A stretch of DNA of 56,401 nucleotides, taken from NCBI GenBank assembly GCA_032718475.1, contig JAUCBJ010004885.1, positions 1-56,401 of the forward strand. Direction: 5' to 3'. Below the pieces are notes generated by a model, which did no database searches, had not been told where the DNA came from, and saw only the letters and a program-made list of their open reading frames with translations. Shown piece by piece: positions 34,402-48,235 of the stretch (the first letter of the stretch is position 1; each line of letters opens with the position of its first letter). The DNA is from Nemertoderma westbladi (Eukaryota; Animalia; Xenacoelomorpha). Both the position numbers and the translations under genes were made by a program.

Positions 34402-37400
34402 TTATATTGTGCTTCACTATAAAATTATTGGCGTTGGAGTGGCGTGGTGGAATTAAAAATGTAATGAAGCCAGAAATGAGCTATGAAATCCATTTAGAAA
34501 TGTTAGTAATTGAAATAGTTGGGTATTAATTAACTATTAATTAAGTAAGTAAAACTCGGAAAACATACCCAATGAGAAGATAATCTAAACTAAAATAGAA
34601 TAGAGTAACAGAAACTATTTCTAACTTAGATTAATGTGAATGCAAACGATCCATAATAAACAGCCCATTTATAAAGGATTCCTGGAAGGATTGGTTGAAT
34701 TCAACCAGAACCCAACATTTATTTGAGTCCAACACAGTTCAAAGCGACTTCTAAAAATAAACTGTCTAGACAGCCTTCGCCCCATGACATTACTGTATAA
34801 ATTACGACATCTGGTGGCCACTGTTTATCAGAGTGAGTGAGCTCTGAGCCAATGGGAGCTGCTATTGGTGTGCGCTGCTGTAATATTAATGGAACTATTA
34901 TTCAGCACTGCATCGCTCAGCCATACACTGCCGATCATAGATAAAATACAGATTAACGCAATACAGACAGACGAATAGCAGCCAATACACCCGCTCAGAT
35001 AATACTTATCAGTACAGTCAACAGGGCAGAACAAATAATTTATAGTGCAATTGCGTTACGTCATAGTCTGAATCCGACCGAAAAAAAAATTCGAAAAAAT
35101 ATACTGGGTTTTTTAGTTTGCAGCTCACCAAAATTACAAGTAGTGAATAATTTTCATAAAATTGTAAAGTTGCAATTTTCGGCTAATTGTTTTTCAATAT
35201 AGGTTTTTACGGTATATCGTAAGAATAACCGTAAGAATAATGAGTCTATATTTGAACTGAGAATCATTCCTCAGTCAAGAAATCTTTGGGTTTATGCATG
35301 TAAAGTCCCATACTTTACCAAAAAATAGTGAAATTTTTAATTTATACACAGAGAAGTAGTCTAACTCAGCCCAATCACCCAGTGGAATGCAAAGCACGTT
35401 TGTGTTGCGTCATCATCTTAAGAAACAATTACCTGTAGTTTCATAATCTACTCCCTCAGAAACACCATGACGGCCAATTTAAAATTGTCCCATACTTTAC
35501 CATTATAATGGCGATTACATTTTAGCGCACTGTATTAATATGTAATATATGAAACCTGGAGGGCTACTCTCTCCACACGCCTCAACACCACCTCTCACTA
35601 TCTTCCCTGTGCTCCTGTACTCAACCCTTACTCACTTTACCCCATTCACTCCTGACGAGCCTCACCCTCCCCTTCCGTGCCGTCGCACTTAAGAAGTGTG
35701 AAGTGCCACGTCTAGTCTCCCGTCCTCCTGTTATAGTCGATTGGTCCCCAGTCCCAGTAGCTAGTTGGAAAAGGTTACATGACTATACTACTTACTTTGA
35801 TTATATTGGGTATTGATTATATGATTACATTCTATTGATTACTACATACGTACATACTAATTGCACTTTTATTAAATTTGCACTTAGGAGTTCGTATTAC
35901 TTCGCATGTGGTGCCTTCCAGGCATCCCCACATCTCCCCCTCCAAGTTCTAGTTCGCTCATCCTGTCTTTGGGAACCACCTCAGTTCCTTCCCTCTGTCG
36001 TCGTCCTGTCTCGGTCGCTTCCTGGTTGTCGCCGCTCCCTTGCTTTTGTCCTTATGGTTCCTCATCCTTGCCGTTACTTCCCTACTGATTCCCCTCGTTG
36101 ATTCCTTGGGCGCTGGAGTTATTAGCTCCCGGTATCGCTTCGCAGGTGGCCCCTCCGAATGCCCCTGCTGCTTCCCCCTAGTGGCGTCCCATAGGATCAC
36201 CTTCATGGCCCGCGGCACATGCTCCGCCAGGAAATCTCTGAACTCTCCCCGGTTCTCGGATTATTATTTAAATTATTTTGTATGTTTGGAATAGAATCGG
36301 GATTATTTTGTTCGTTTGAATTAAAATTATTATTTAGATTATTTTGCGTATTTAAATTTAAATTGTTTGAGTTACTTTGCATATTTGAATTATTTCCTAT
36401 ATTTGGGTTTAGATTATTATTTGAATTATTTGGATTATTATGTGCGTTTAAATTAGGAATACTCGGATTTAAATTATTATTATCGGGCAAAATATTATTT
36501 CCTGGAATAAAGGTTTGATTAGGGTTGTCTACTACATTACTATTAATATTAATGCCTTCCAACGTATTATTATTAGCCCCCCCGCCCCCCCCCCCCACCC
36601 CCCCCCCCCCCGCCCGTACGATTACACCAGTCTTGGGTCTGTCGTCCGGTCCCTGTAAGTGGGGTATTAACAAACGTTTCCATAACCTCTGGCTCCTCAT
36701 AAATACTACCCGAGCCAGCCTCACTCTCTGATAGTCCCAACTGCGCCAGTTCTAGTCGGCGCTTCAGTTTGGCCTGATATTGCATAACCCCCCTCAACCG
36801 GGCATGCATATCATCCCGCTTGCACTTTCCCTCTCTCTCTCTCTCTCTCTATCCTCTCGCAAACTATGGTTCGCTAGCTCTGTTTCTCTCGCCACCCGCT
36901 CTCTACGTTCGCTCTCTACTCTCGCCTCCCGCTCTCTATATTCATTTGTTTATCTCTCCAGCCTTGCTGCCTCTCTCACTTCTCGTACTTTGCGCTCGTT
37001 CTCCACTCTCGTTTCTCACTCTTTACGTTCCCCCTCTATTCTCGTTTCTCGCTCTTTACGTTCCTCCTCTATCCTCGTTTCCCGCTCCTTACGTTCCCCC
37101 TCTATTCTCGTTTCTCGCTCCTTACGTTCCTCTGCCTCTCTCTCTTCTTGCTCTCTACAATTTCTTGCTACCCTCTCGGCCCTCTCTCTACACTCCCCCG
37201 CTAACTCTCTCTCTTTCTCTAGCAACGCAGTTCCCTCATCCAACTGCCTCTGTAATTCTTTCTGGTCTAGCGCCACCATATCTAATTGACACGCCAGATC
37301 TATCTCCAACACCCTTCTTGCTTTCGTGGAGGATGTAGCGGACTTATCGGTCGCGACGGACTCCCGTCGCCTCTCTGTCCTACTAATTTTCCCCGCTTTC

Positions 37401-37576
37401 TGGGGTTCTCGCTAACAAGACGAGACCGAATCCTCGGGGTTAACCTCGGGTTTGCCCTCGTGCGGATCTGCCCAACCCACTAACTTAATTCCCCTAGCAT
37501 CCACTAAATATGACCCTACGTACACTACTTGGGGCTCCATAATCCCGGATCGCCACACTTCGAATAGTTCGGTGGC

Positions 37577-37812
37577 TGTCATAAATTATACTTAGGCCAT
37601 AGCTAATATCCAATATAAGATACAAGTATATTAGCTTGCCAATATTGTAAACTGTTGAAAGAAGTTGAAACATATGTTAATCTTGGAGGTTTGCCGGCAG
37701 TATTGTAAAGTAAATATATATAGGTTATTCAATTTAGATAAAGATTATTATTAAAGTTTATTAGAAGTTTGTAGCTATCATTTTCCTTTCAATTTATCCA
37801 CAATTCACTATA
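37577..37812 (+). repeat. 5' LTR of D (TG...TA termini)
   Basis: Direct repeat of 45723-45958. Confidence 0.95.
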
Positions 37813-37822
37813 TGGCGCCCGA
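37813..37822 (+). promoter_or_regulatory. PBS, tRNA-Lys-like
   Basis: TGGCGCCCGA matches the first 10 nt of the classical tRNA-Lys3 PBS TGGCGCCCGAACAGGGAC. Confidence 0.75.
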
Positions 37823-38000
37823 TAAGAAACTCTCAATTGCATTACTAAATTGTAATTTATTTTATAATTTAAATTAAAAGTAACTACATGTTTTCGTTCA
37901 CACTGTTTGGTATCTCCCATTGGAATCACATTATGTACTACACGCATCATCATTCTCTGTATCTCATGACACGGATAGGAAATCATTAAAGTCTCGCATC

Positions 38001-41000
38001 ATGAACGAACCGCAACAGAAGACATCCAAAGAAACTCAAGCAACTAAAACGCCCTCAAACCAAGGGAGAGCAACTCTGATCAGTTCACGAAGTGGAGTAC
38101 GTTCAGCAGCAACAAAACTAATGAAATCAATCGAAGATATTAGCACCTACGATGATCACAACAAAAACAGTAGACTGGCGATGTTGTTGGACTACAAAGA
38201 TCGACTTAACTCATTAAACGAAAAGGTATGGTCTACCATGTCTGAAACTGAACAGGACATTGACTCAGAGGTGTGTATAGAGTATGAGTTTAAATTAACA
38301 GATATTATTACTGGTTTTAGGTTATCATTTAACCCTATTAGTACCGGGCTATAAAATGTTGTACAAATACAGGGGGGGGGGGGGTCATATTGACCCCTCC
38401 CTCTAAAATCTACAAATATTTACGAAAACGTCTGATTTTTTGTTTGTACGTAGGTATCACTTGACTCGATCCGACCGAAAAAAAAAATTTTCGAAAAAAT
38501 GTACTGGGGTGGTTATATTGCAGCACCAAAATTACAAGTGGTGCACAATTTTCACCAAATTTGAAAGTTACATTTTCGGCTAATTATTTTTCAATACAGG
38601 TTTTCTGGGGTGCAAAATACATTGGAAAATATTAAAAAATGATATGATTACTATAAATGGCTGTTTAGTCCTCTCTGCGTAGGAAAAAAATGAAAAAAAC
38701 AAGTAACCAGCACTTTTCAGTTAGAACACAAAATTTTTAATTCACTTATACGATGCTATAAATTCACATTTTCAGGTTTTCGAGGGCGCTGATTCTAATG
38801 GAATACATTTCTAATATGCCAGATCATTGCTACTTGTATTTTTCGGCGTAATTTGGCAAATTTTGGTGCTAGCACCAAATTTCGTACCCATCACCAAAAA
38901 GTACAAGTTTGCGATGTCCAGTGCTGTTTTTATTGATTCCATCGGATTCAGGACCCTCATAAACCCGTATAACGCAAGAAACAAGGTGATACCATCTACT
39001 TATCAATTTGCATATTTTCCAAAATTTGGTGCTGGCACAACAATTTTCACCCACCGGCGAAAAATACAAGTTTGAGAACTCTTATGAAATTTTTACTGAT
39101 TCCATTGAATTCAGAACCATCACAAACCCGTATAACGCAAGAAACAAGGTGACACAATCAATTGATATATTTGATGGTTTTCAAAATTTGGTGCTAGCAC
39201 CACATTTTGCACCCACATCCGAAAAATACAAGTTTGAGATGTCTAGTTCGATAATTATATTTTCCATTGAATTCAGAACAGCCATAAACCTCTAAAACGC
39301 AAGAAATAAATTGTCACAAGAAATTTTATCTATTGAATGGATTTTCAAAATTTCGTGCTAGCACCAAAATTTGCACACAGCACCGAAAAATACAAGTTTG
39401 ATACGCTTGGTGCAACTCGTATATATTTCATCGAATCAAGAAACCCAAAAAACCGCAATTGCGTAAAAAACAAGTTTCAAACGATCAATTTACAAAATTG
39501 ACTTATTTCAAAATTTGGTGCAGGCACCAAAATTTGGCACCCACCGAAAAAAACAAGTTTGAAATTTCTAAATCTATTTATATGAATTCCATCAAATTTC
39601 TAACACCAAAAAACCGGTGTAAATCAAATATAGAGATGTTACAATTCATATTTAATGAAATGTAATTTTCAAAAAACGTCTCAAAAAAAGTGCCAAAAGT
39701 AGGGTTAAAAAATGGTGCTATAACTCGAAAAGTACCCAATATTTTTGAAAACGGTTTTCACTACTAGGAAGACAATAGATTTTTAGGAAAAGTCATAAAA
39801 TTTCAGATTCCCAACTGCGTTTGTTTCAGAATTATAATAAAAAAACCACGGAGGGGGTCATATTGACCCCCCCCCCGGGTTTAATAGGGTTAAGACTTTA
39901 GAACGTGATAGTAAAGTAGTATTGCCGGCAACCCCAAGTAACGATTTTGTCAGTACATCATACTCTAGTGCTGCTAATGCGTATGCAACCAGTTCACTAA
40001 TTGCTAGGGATGTTTTGCCTAAACTAAGTCATGAAACTTTTGACGGTAATCCATTGCAATTTGTCACATGGCGTGATTCATTTATCAGCTCAGTTGAAGA
40101 TTCTGGTCTACCAGATATTTTAAAATTGCGACATTTGCTACAGTCATTAAAAGGTAGAGCCAAGGAACTTTTTAAAAACTTCCCTATTTCCGACGCAAAC
40201 TATAAAATAGCCTTGGATACATTACAACAGGAATATGGCAAAAAATATCGTATTATTCAGAGTCATATTGATGCTTTAAAGGGCATTTTTCATACTCACG
40301 GGAACACATCCTCATTGCGTGCAGTATACAATACATGTACTACCACTATGCGTGCATTAAAAACAGTAGATGTTCAACCAATTGAATACCAACGAATCAT
40401 TATTCCTGAAGTATTAAAAACGTTAGATAATGACTTATCTAAACGTTTCTTACGAAAGAAAAACAATAACATTGATTCTATTGATTGGCTCATGGAAAAT
40501 ATTCACGCAGAACTAGCTACTATAGAAACACTAAATGAAATAAAATACGGCATTAAAATAAATCACAGCCAAGTTCAACAAAAATCAAGCTCATATGAAC
40601 CACCTGGATTGGCACCTTCAGCAGCGGCACTGGCTGTAAATGTCACAAAGCAACAACAAAACACTCACCAAAGACAATATTATTCTAGTACACAAAGGCC
40701 ATCAAATTTCACAAATAAGGGTAAAGAAGTATCAAGAGAACACAACAACACCTAAATGCGTTTTTTGTGAACAACAACACTTTTCATCAAATTGTAATTT
40801 AATTCCCGAAGTTTCAAAACGAAAAGAATTTTTGAAGGACAAAAGGCGCTGCTTTAATTGCTTAAATGAAGGTCATAATATTCGTTATTGTTCACGACAA
40901 AAACCGTGTTATAAGTGTCATTACATGGGGCATCATACAGCTATTTGTACATGGAAAGATAAGACATATAATAGAAGTCAACAAGGCCCAGGAAATAATA

Positions 41001-44000
41001 CAACAACGGGTACGGCAGCTCAAAGTAACTTAGTAGGAGTAGTCCCTTCTTACAGTAACAATGACAATTATATATTTTTACATACCGCGAAAGTCAAATG
41101 TGCCCTCGGTGTAGAGACTTCAATAAATACACTTTTCGATCAAGGTGCTACGTTAACATTCATCATACGAAAATTTGCGTCAGATAATTCACTTCAAATA
41201 TTAGCAAATGAAACGTTATCAGTTGACAGTTTTGGCGATGGAAATCCAATAGGTAAGCAATATCCAATCACATCAATAAATGTGCGACTAAAAGATGGAA
41301 CAATTGCTAATATTATAGCAAGAGTTGTGGATACCATTTGTGGCCCAATTCAACATTCAAATCCGCACAAAAGTTGGGCATTATCACACTTAAACTTGCA
41401 GGCCTCTGATCTTGCAGACAGTTTGTCTTATCCCGAAGATAATGACTTTAATGTTGAGTTACTCATAGGAGCAGACCAATATTGGAAGTTCGTTTCTGGT
41501 ACAATCATTCGAGCGACTAACTCTGACCTTGTAGCTGTTGATAGTGGCGTAGGTTGGTTACTGTCGGGTAGTATTTACAACAAAGTACACGCTTATTCCA
41601 ATCACAAAGTTACAAATTTATGTACACCAGTTACATTAACAAATATAAGCTGCAACAATCTTCAACAGAAAAACGATGATGACATGTTGTATAAATTATT
41701 CGAAACCTACTGCGATATAGAAAGTACAGGGATACAACCAGAAGATACAGAAGAAATGTTCAAGCATATATTCACATATGAACAAGGAAGGTATAGAAAC
41801 CATGGAAAAAAGATTACCATGGAAACTAGATCCACACAGTTTAATAGATCATTATCAATTATGTTACAAACAACTTCAATCACTGATCAAGAGTTTACAA
41901 AGGAAGAAATTATTACAGCGATATGATTCAATAATAAAAGAACACTTAGAGTTAGGGTACATTGAACCAGTTGACAATTCAAATGAAGCACGAAATATAG
42001 TACACTGCATTCCACATCATGGTGTTCTCAGAGAAGAACGCATAACGACAAAACTTAGAATTGTCTTCAATGCATCAGCACGAGCTTTTAAAACGGATGT
42101 GTCACTGAATGATTGTTTACATACAGGACCACACTTATTTCCAGATTTATGCCATGCTTTAATGAAATTTCGACTCCATCCAATAGGAGTATTAGCAGAT
42201 ATTCAACATGCATTCCTGCGTTGTCATATTAACGAAAATGATAGAGATTGTCTTCGTTTTCTCTGGCTAAGTGATGTTAACAATATTAATAATAACCAGG
42301 AATTGCAAATACAAGTGTACAGATATACAAGAGCTATATTTGGAATGAATTCTTCTTCCAATATTTTAGCAAGCATTGTTGGGCACCACCTCGATAAGGA
42401 ACAAAGAATAGCAAATGCCAATGACTTGAAAGCAATAAGTAAACTTAGAAATCTATACGTCGATGATCTCAACACAGGAGTTGAGACAGTAGATGAAGGA
42501 ATGCAGCTCCAAAAATCATGTAAGTCAATATTGGAACGAGCTGGATTTAATATACGAAAGTGGGTCTCAAATAATAAGGAGCTTCAACAACACTTCAACA
42601 AAGATGACGACGCTAAGCAAACAATTCGAACACCAGCAGGACAGCCAAATATGATAATAGAGGAAGACCAAACATATGCCAAATCATCTATATCACTTTC
42701 TACACCAGAGCAATCTACATGTTTAACTCGAGTACTTGGACAAATATGGGACCTTGACAACGACGAACTCGGATATAATGTATCAAATGTTCACAACTTT
42801 ATATCTTCAATTAAACCATGCAAACGAGCAGTTCTTCAATTATTTGCTCGTTTATATGATCCTCTAGGTCTTATTGCTCCGTTTACAGCAAAAATGAAAA
42901 TTGCCTTCCATGAACTTTGTGTAGAAAAGGCTGATTGGAATGACGAATTACCACCATATATTCTAAAGCAATGGAATGAATGGATGAAAACATTACAACT
43001 TATTAACGAAGTTCGGATACCAAGATATTTATTTAATAAGATCAGCGAGAACGTCTCAACTCAAATCCATGGATTTGGAGATGCCAGTAAAGACATATAT
43101 GCAGCGGCAGTATATGTGAGATCTACATTCATCGATGGTTCAATATCAGTACAACTCATAGCATCACGTTCAAAATTAAGCAAACCTATAAAAACAAGCA
43201 AAGTCAAGTTAAACATACCAAGACTGGAATTACAAGCATCGCTCATTACATCAAGGCTTGTTAAGTTCGTAGACAAAGGTCTCAGAATTGAAAATTGTGA
43301 ACATATCATGTGGTCAGATGCTACAGATGTACTTCATTGGATTCATTCAACAAGCAAAGAATGTAACGCATTCGTACAACGTCGTGTGGAAATTATAGGA
43401 CAACTTACAACTGAACTTAATGCAACTTGGAGGCATGTACCAGGTACGTTAAACCCTGCGGATATTGCAACGAGGGGGTTAAATGCGCAACAACTAATCA
43501 ACAATAAAGTATGGTTTAACGGACCGCAATTCTTATATCAACCCAGTGAGAAATCATGGCCGAATAATAGCACACTAAGTCTTCATCCATCAGCAGATTG
43601 TCAAGTGGAATTCAAAGCCTTAACAATAACACACAATACAACAAATAACAGCATAAACATAAATGAAACATTAGAAAATGTACTAGATATAAACAAATTC
43701 AACAATAAGCAAGCACCTATAAGACGTTTAGCATGGGTGACTCGTTTCATAAGTAATCTGAAAGCAAAACGTAATAATACGCAATTGATTTTAGAATCAA
43801 ACTTGACAGCAGATGAATTAAATAATGCAGAAACAATTATTATTAAACACATGCAAATGAAATCTTATCCCTCTGAATACAAATACTTGAAAAACCCAAC
43901 GAAATCAAAGTGTCCAAATATGGTAAAGGTTCTAAATCTTTATCTAGACCCTAAAGGTATCATTCGACTCAATAGTCGAATTAAATCACCTCTCCAATCA

Positions 44001-45208
44001 CCGGAGTCACAAAAACCCATATTAATACATCCCACAAGCTATTATGCAACATTGATAATAAGAGAATCCCACATTCAAGTATGTCACTCTCGTGTTCGAG
44101 ATACACTTGCTCAAGTACGTGAAAAGTACTGGATTCCTAGAGCAAGACAAATAATTAAACGTACAATTCGAGATTGTGTTATTTGTAAGCACATTCAAGG
44201 CTATCCTTATAGGAGACCTCCATTCAGCCCCTTACCTGAGGAAAGATTAACATCAAATATCCTTCCATTCACCAATGTAGGTATTGATTTCCTAGGTGCG
44301 ATTTCTGTAGTCAAATCATTATCTGATCCAGTAGGTTCAATGACGAAGGTATATATTTGCCTATTTACATGTGCGGTTATACGAGCAATTCATTTTTAGA
44401 AGTAGTTACAAGTCTCCATTCCTCGTCTTTCATTGCGGCATTGACTCGTTTCGTAGGAAGACGAGGCATTCCATCAGTCATCTTCAGTGACAATGCATCA
44501 AATTTTAAGAGTTCATCAGAGGAAATCAAGGCATATAAGGCATTTTTAACAGTCCCAATCATACTTAGAGAATTTGGTAAACTAAATATTACATGGAAAT
44601 TCAATGTACAAAGATACCCAGCAGCATATGGGTTTATAGAGCGTTGTGTGGGGACAGTGAAATCTAATTTGAAAAAACTAATGGGGCGTGCGGTGCTAAC
44701 AGAAGAGGAATTACAAACAGTATTGATTTCATGTGAGGCTGCTATAAATAGCAGACCACTAACATACATCTATTCAGACAATAATGAGTGCTTAACACTA
44801 TCACCCAGTCATTTCTTGGTCGGCAAGAGGCTATGCGCTTTACCAAGCACCACTATAAATCTTAACAACATGGAAATGACACATCGAAATTTTCAAGATC
44901 GTCTTCGATACCAAGAGATGGCTGCGAACTATTTTTGGTCAGTATGGCGGAAAGACTACCTCAGAGAATTAAGAGCTAGTCATCGTTCGAATAATATCAG
45001 CCCACATTCACTTGTAGTCCCAGATATTGGAGATATATGCCTTCTAGTGGATAAGAAACTTCCAAGATGCCTTTGGAAACTATGTAAGGTAGACAGATTA
45101 ATTGTCAGTAAGGATGGTCATATACGGGCAGTTGGGGTTATCATTGTAAAACGTGGTAAACAACATAAACAACTGGTACGATCCATTTCTCATGTAATAC
45201 CATTATAA
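38001..45208 (+). pseudogene. Gag-Pol of D, disrupted by a TTAA insertion and three frameshifts (~40745, ~41795, ~44395)
   Basis: LPKLSHETFDG, CVFC/CFNC/CYKC knuckles, LFDQGA protease, YVDD, FGDAS, HHCC, DNASNF, INSRPL, FWSVWRKDYL. Confidence 0.93.
38333..39889. mobile_element. Non-autonomous piggyBac-type element (1557 bp) with internal ~110-bp repeats
   Basis: TTAA|CCCTATTA...TAATAGGG|TTAA; GGGGTCATATTGACCCC palindrome near both ends; removing it restores the gag frame. Confidence 0.92.
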
Positions 45209-45722
45209 ATCAATGACAAAAACCACACTAGTACAACAAAAACAAAACAAACAACAGCAACCTATGATATAGAATCAATAGACATTGACACGTCGGATGA
45301 TGATTATTCTAATGATGAAAATGACGTCAAAAGTGATGACGTCGAAATCGTTGAATGCAATAGCAATGAGGACCGTGTTCAGGTTCGACACCCAAGAGTA
45401 GCCACTAAAAAAATCACGAAGGGATTTTATAGATACTAAAAATCGGAATTTACTTATTTATTTTTTAAGGTTAACAAGATCATGCCATGTAACAAGTTAT
45501 TTATTGGTATATATGAATAATGTATATATAAATATGGTGGAGGGTGTTGACAATACCTAATAACATATTAACTTATGAAACGAAACTATCATTAGTATAG
45601 TATAGCATGCCTGTCATACATTGTGATGAAACTCAATTATTATTAACGTAAAGTGTGTTTTGTTATTTATATTTACAGTTTTATGTGTTGCTTAAAAACA
45701 ATTATTTTTTAGCAAGGGGGAG

Positions 45723-45958
45723 TGTCATAAATTATACTTAGGCCATAGCTAATATCCAATATAAGATACAAGTATATTAGCTTGCCAATATTGTAAACTG
45801 TTGAAAGAAGTTGAAACATATGTTAATCTTGGAGGTTTGCCGGCAGTATTGTAAAGTAAATATATATAGGTTATTCAATTTAGATAAAGATTATTATTAA
45901 AGTTTATTAGAAGTTTGTAGCTATCATTTTCCTTTCAATTTATCCACAATTCACTATA
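45723..45958 (+). repeat. 3' LTR of D
   Basis: Follows PPT; repeat of 37577-37812. Confidence 0.95.
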
Positions 45959-46542
45959 GTGGCGACCCCCCTCGCTCTCTCACTCGCCAGTTCTCCCTGC
46001 CCGAAATGAACTAGGTATCTGAATTGTTTATTCGACTCACCTAGTCACTGGCTCAACTTCCCCTGGTTTACCTTTGCTCCCTCTCTGGCCTCCTTGAGCT
46101 GTTTCTTCGTGGCGTTGTAGGCCCATCGAAGCCGATCGCTGGTCCCGACGTCCTCTTCACCGACATCTCCTCCTCCTCTCCTGGTTCGGCGTCGTACCGG
46201 CGGCCCCACCATCGCCGTTCCGGTGGGCCGCCCATCGCCCTCGGCCTGTGACTGGCCGGCGACTTCGGTACTTTGACCGCCGTCGTGCGTCGACTCGTCC
46301 CTTTCTCATGGTAGAGGGCCGCCCTCCGCTTGGAATGCCGGATCGTCTTTCGTCGGCGTATCAAGCGTCGCAGGTCAGTGCCGTCGCGTCGCGGCCTCGC
46401 GGATCGTTTGGTTGGTATCGTCCGGGGTCCGCGGCGGTGTCCTCTCTCCTTCCAATAGTTGGGGTCCTGTGCTCATCTTTACCTTTATCTCCGGCAGTTT
46501 GGTGTCTGGCAGTCACAGCTAGTTGCGTTGGTAGTTTTTCAC

Positions 46543-47044
46543 TGTGACGGGATCAGTGGGATCCCGACTGGGTAAGTAGACTACGCGTCACCGTTTGGTT
46601 GTGGATGGTTTTGCTAGTTAGGCCGAGGCCGTTGTAGTGAAAACAATAAGAGTTTGTTGTTATCTCTTGAGGTTCTGTTAATGAAGATAGTGATAGCACA
46701 ATAAAGGTTCAGTTAAATGATAAGTATTGATGGATACCGGTAATAGGATAATATACTGATGACGTTGGTGACGGTGACGGTGAAAAACATCACCGGTCTG
46801 CACTGAACTGAATGACTATATGGACTACTATGTATTCATTCCTACATTACTGTGGCCGTTGTCCAGTGGATGCTTTTCCCCGCTCCTATTGGTTGATGAC
46901 CTACTTCACGCCTCTCACCTCTGTGGGAGTGCTTCCCCCCGCTGTTGGTTATTTGCCCTCTCGAGGTGGTTTGACCTCTAACCTCCCTTTGTGTGGCTTT
47001 TGGGGTGTATGTTATCCCCGTTATTGGGTGTGATACGAGATTGG
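46543..47044 (-). repeat. Truncated 5' LTR of A2
   Basis: Matches 9674-10196 with an internal deletion; right end deleted. Confidence 0.9.
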
Positions 47045-47903
47045 AGATTATTTCCAAACTTTTGACAGACATCATACGTACCAGGTTTGGTTTAATTTCA
47101 TCTATAAATGACCGAGTTATACAGTATTAGCGATCAAAAATTAGACAGATGACAGACAACTCCTAAATGGCACCCATATGCTAAGACTTCGGGTCAATTT
47201 GTGGGTCGCCCCACATTTTGCATCCATATCTTGGTTGGAAATACTTAGTTGCACTTTATTATCACTAATTATCCAGAAATTACTGTTAGGTTAAGTGTAA
47301 GAGACCATTTTGACCATAAAATTCGTACAGGTCCCGTACTTTACCTAGCAATGTCCCATACTTTACTACACAAAACACATTGTAAAAAATTAGCAATGTA
47401 ACAATTAGTCTGATATTTATACTTTTTATTTAAGCTTAATAATACAGCTTTATCCTAAACATCAACTCAACACCACCGTACCTGCGCACAATTCGCTAAA
47501 TTTTAGAATTGAAATCATAAAATCTTTTAATTTAAAAAACCAGTCGGAAAAAAAACCATTTCGTACGAATCCGTACTTTACCTTAATTGGACAAGCTAGT
47601 GTTTTCTTAAAAGTGAAAGTCCCGCCATAAGCTTCCCGAAATCAAAGCTGATATTCGAAAGTCTAATCCAAGCACAATTTGGTGCACATATGTGCTGTGG
47701 ATAACATTGTACAGGCAATCAAAGTTCAAAATTGTGTACGAATGTCCCGTACTTAACTTTGGAATGAGCCTATAGATTGTCGTCTCGGCTTCCACTGAGT
47801 GGTCCGAGGTTCGAATCCGACCCGACGCTGATGAGAATCAATAAGGTATAGAAACGACTACTTGGTTTAGAAAGATATATGAGATATGAATTTCATTATA
47901 TTT
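47045..47903. repeat. Duplicated flank of element A (paralog of 10441-11302), including B-box/hammerhead repeat copy 3 at 47774-47903
   Basis: Collinear near-identity over about 860 bp. Confidence 0.93.
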
Positions 47904-48235
47904 ATAGTTTAGTTTAGTTGTTTATTGACATAATTTTTGAGATGGAAACTCGCATGTAATTCAAACCCTTCACCAATAGAGACACACACATTGATACATT
48001 GGCTACATACGTTTAATGCAATAATACCCTCCACCAATACACACTTAAAATTAAGTCCAATTATACGCCGCTTCGTAATGCAAAAATGCGGAAAAAAAAA
48101 GAAAAATTCAATATATGTACATAACGCTCGTTTTTGTTCGTGTTCGTGAAATGGGCTATACTTAATGAGATGTATACTTAATTATTTGATTTATTATTAA
48201 TTTACGGTTATTTTAATCCCTTCCTTGTTATTAAT

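Larger units (their letters stand above)
37577..45958 (+). mobile_element. Bel/Pao LTR retrotransposon D nested in A2
   Basis: 236-bp LTRs with no difference seen; TSD GTGGC (37572-37576 / 45959-45963); PBS TGGCGCCCGA; PPT AAGGGGGAG. Confidence 0.96.
35565..47044 (-). mobile_element. Family A copy 2: internally deleted and interrupted by element D
   Basis: 35565-36257 = 636-1327; 36258-37576 = ~7859-9093; 45959-47044 = ~9089-10196. Confidence 0.92.

Noticed and set aside
38827-39665. Short ORFs inside the piggyBac-type element (also 5115-5372 and 33894-34145)
   Set aside because: Translations of internal repeats with non-ATG starts and no transposase motifs
40640-40755. Programmed gag-pol frameshift in D
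   Set aside because: It falls within gag before the zinc knuckles, no slippery heptamer is evident, and element C has a single ORF; more likely a mutation or sequencing error
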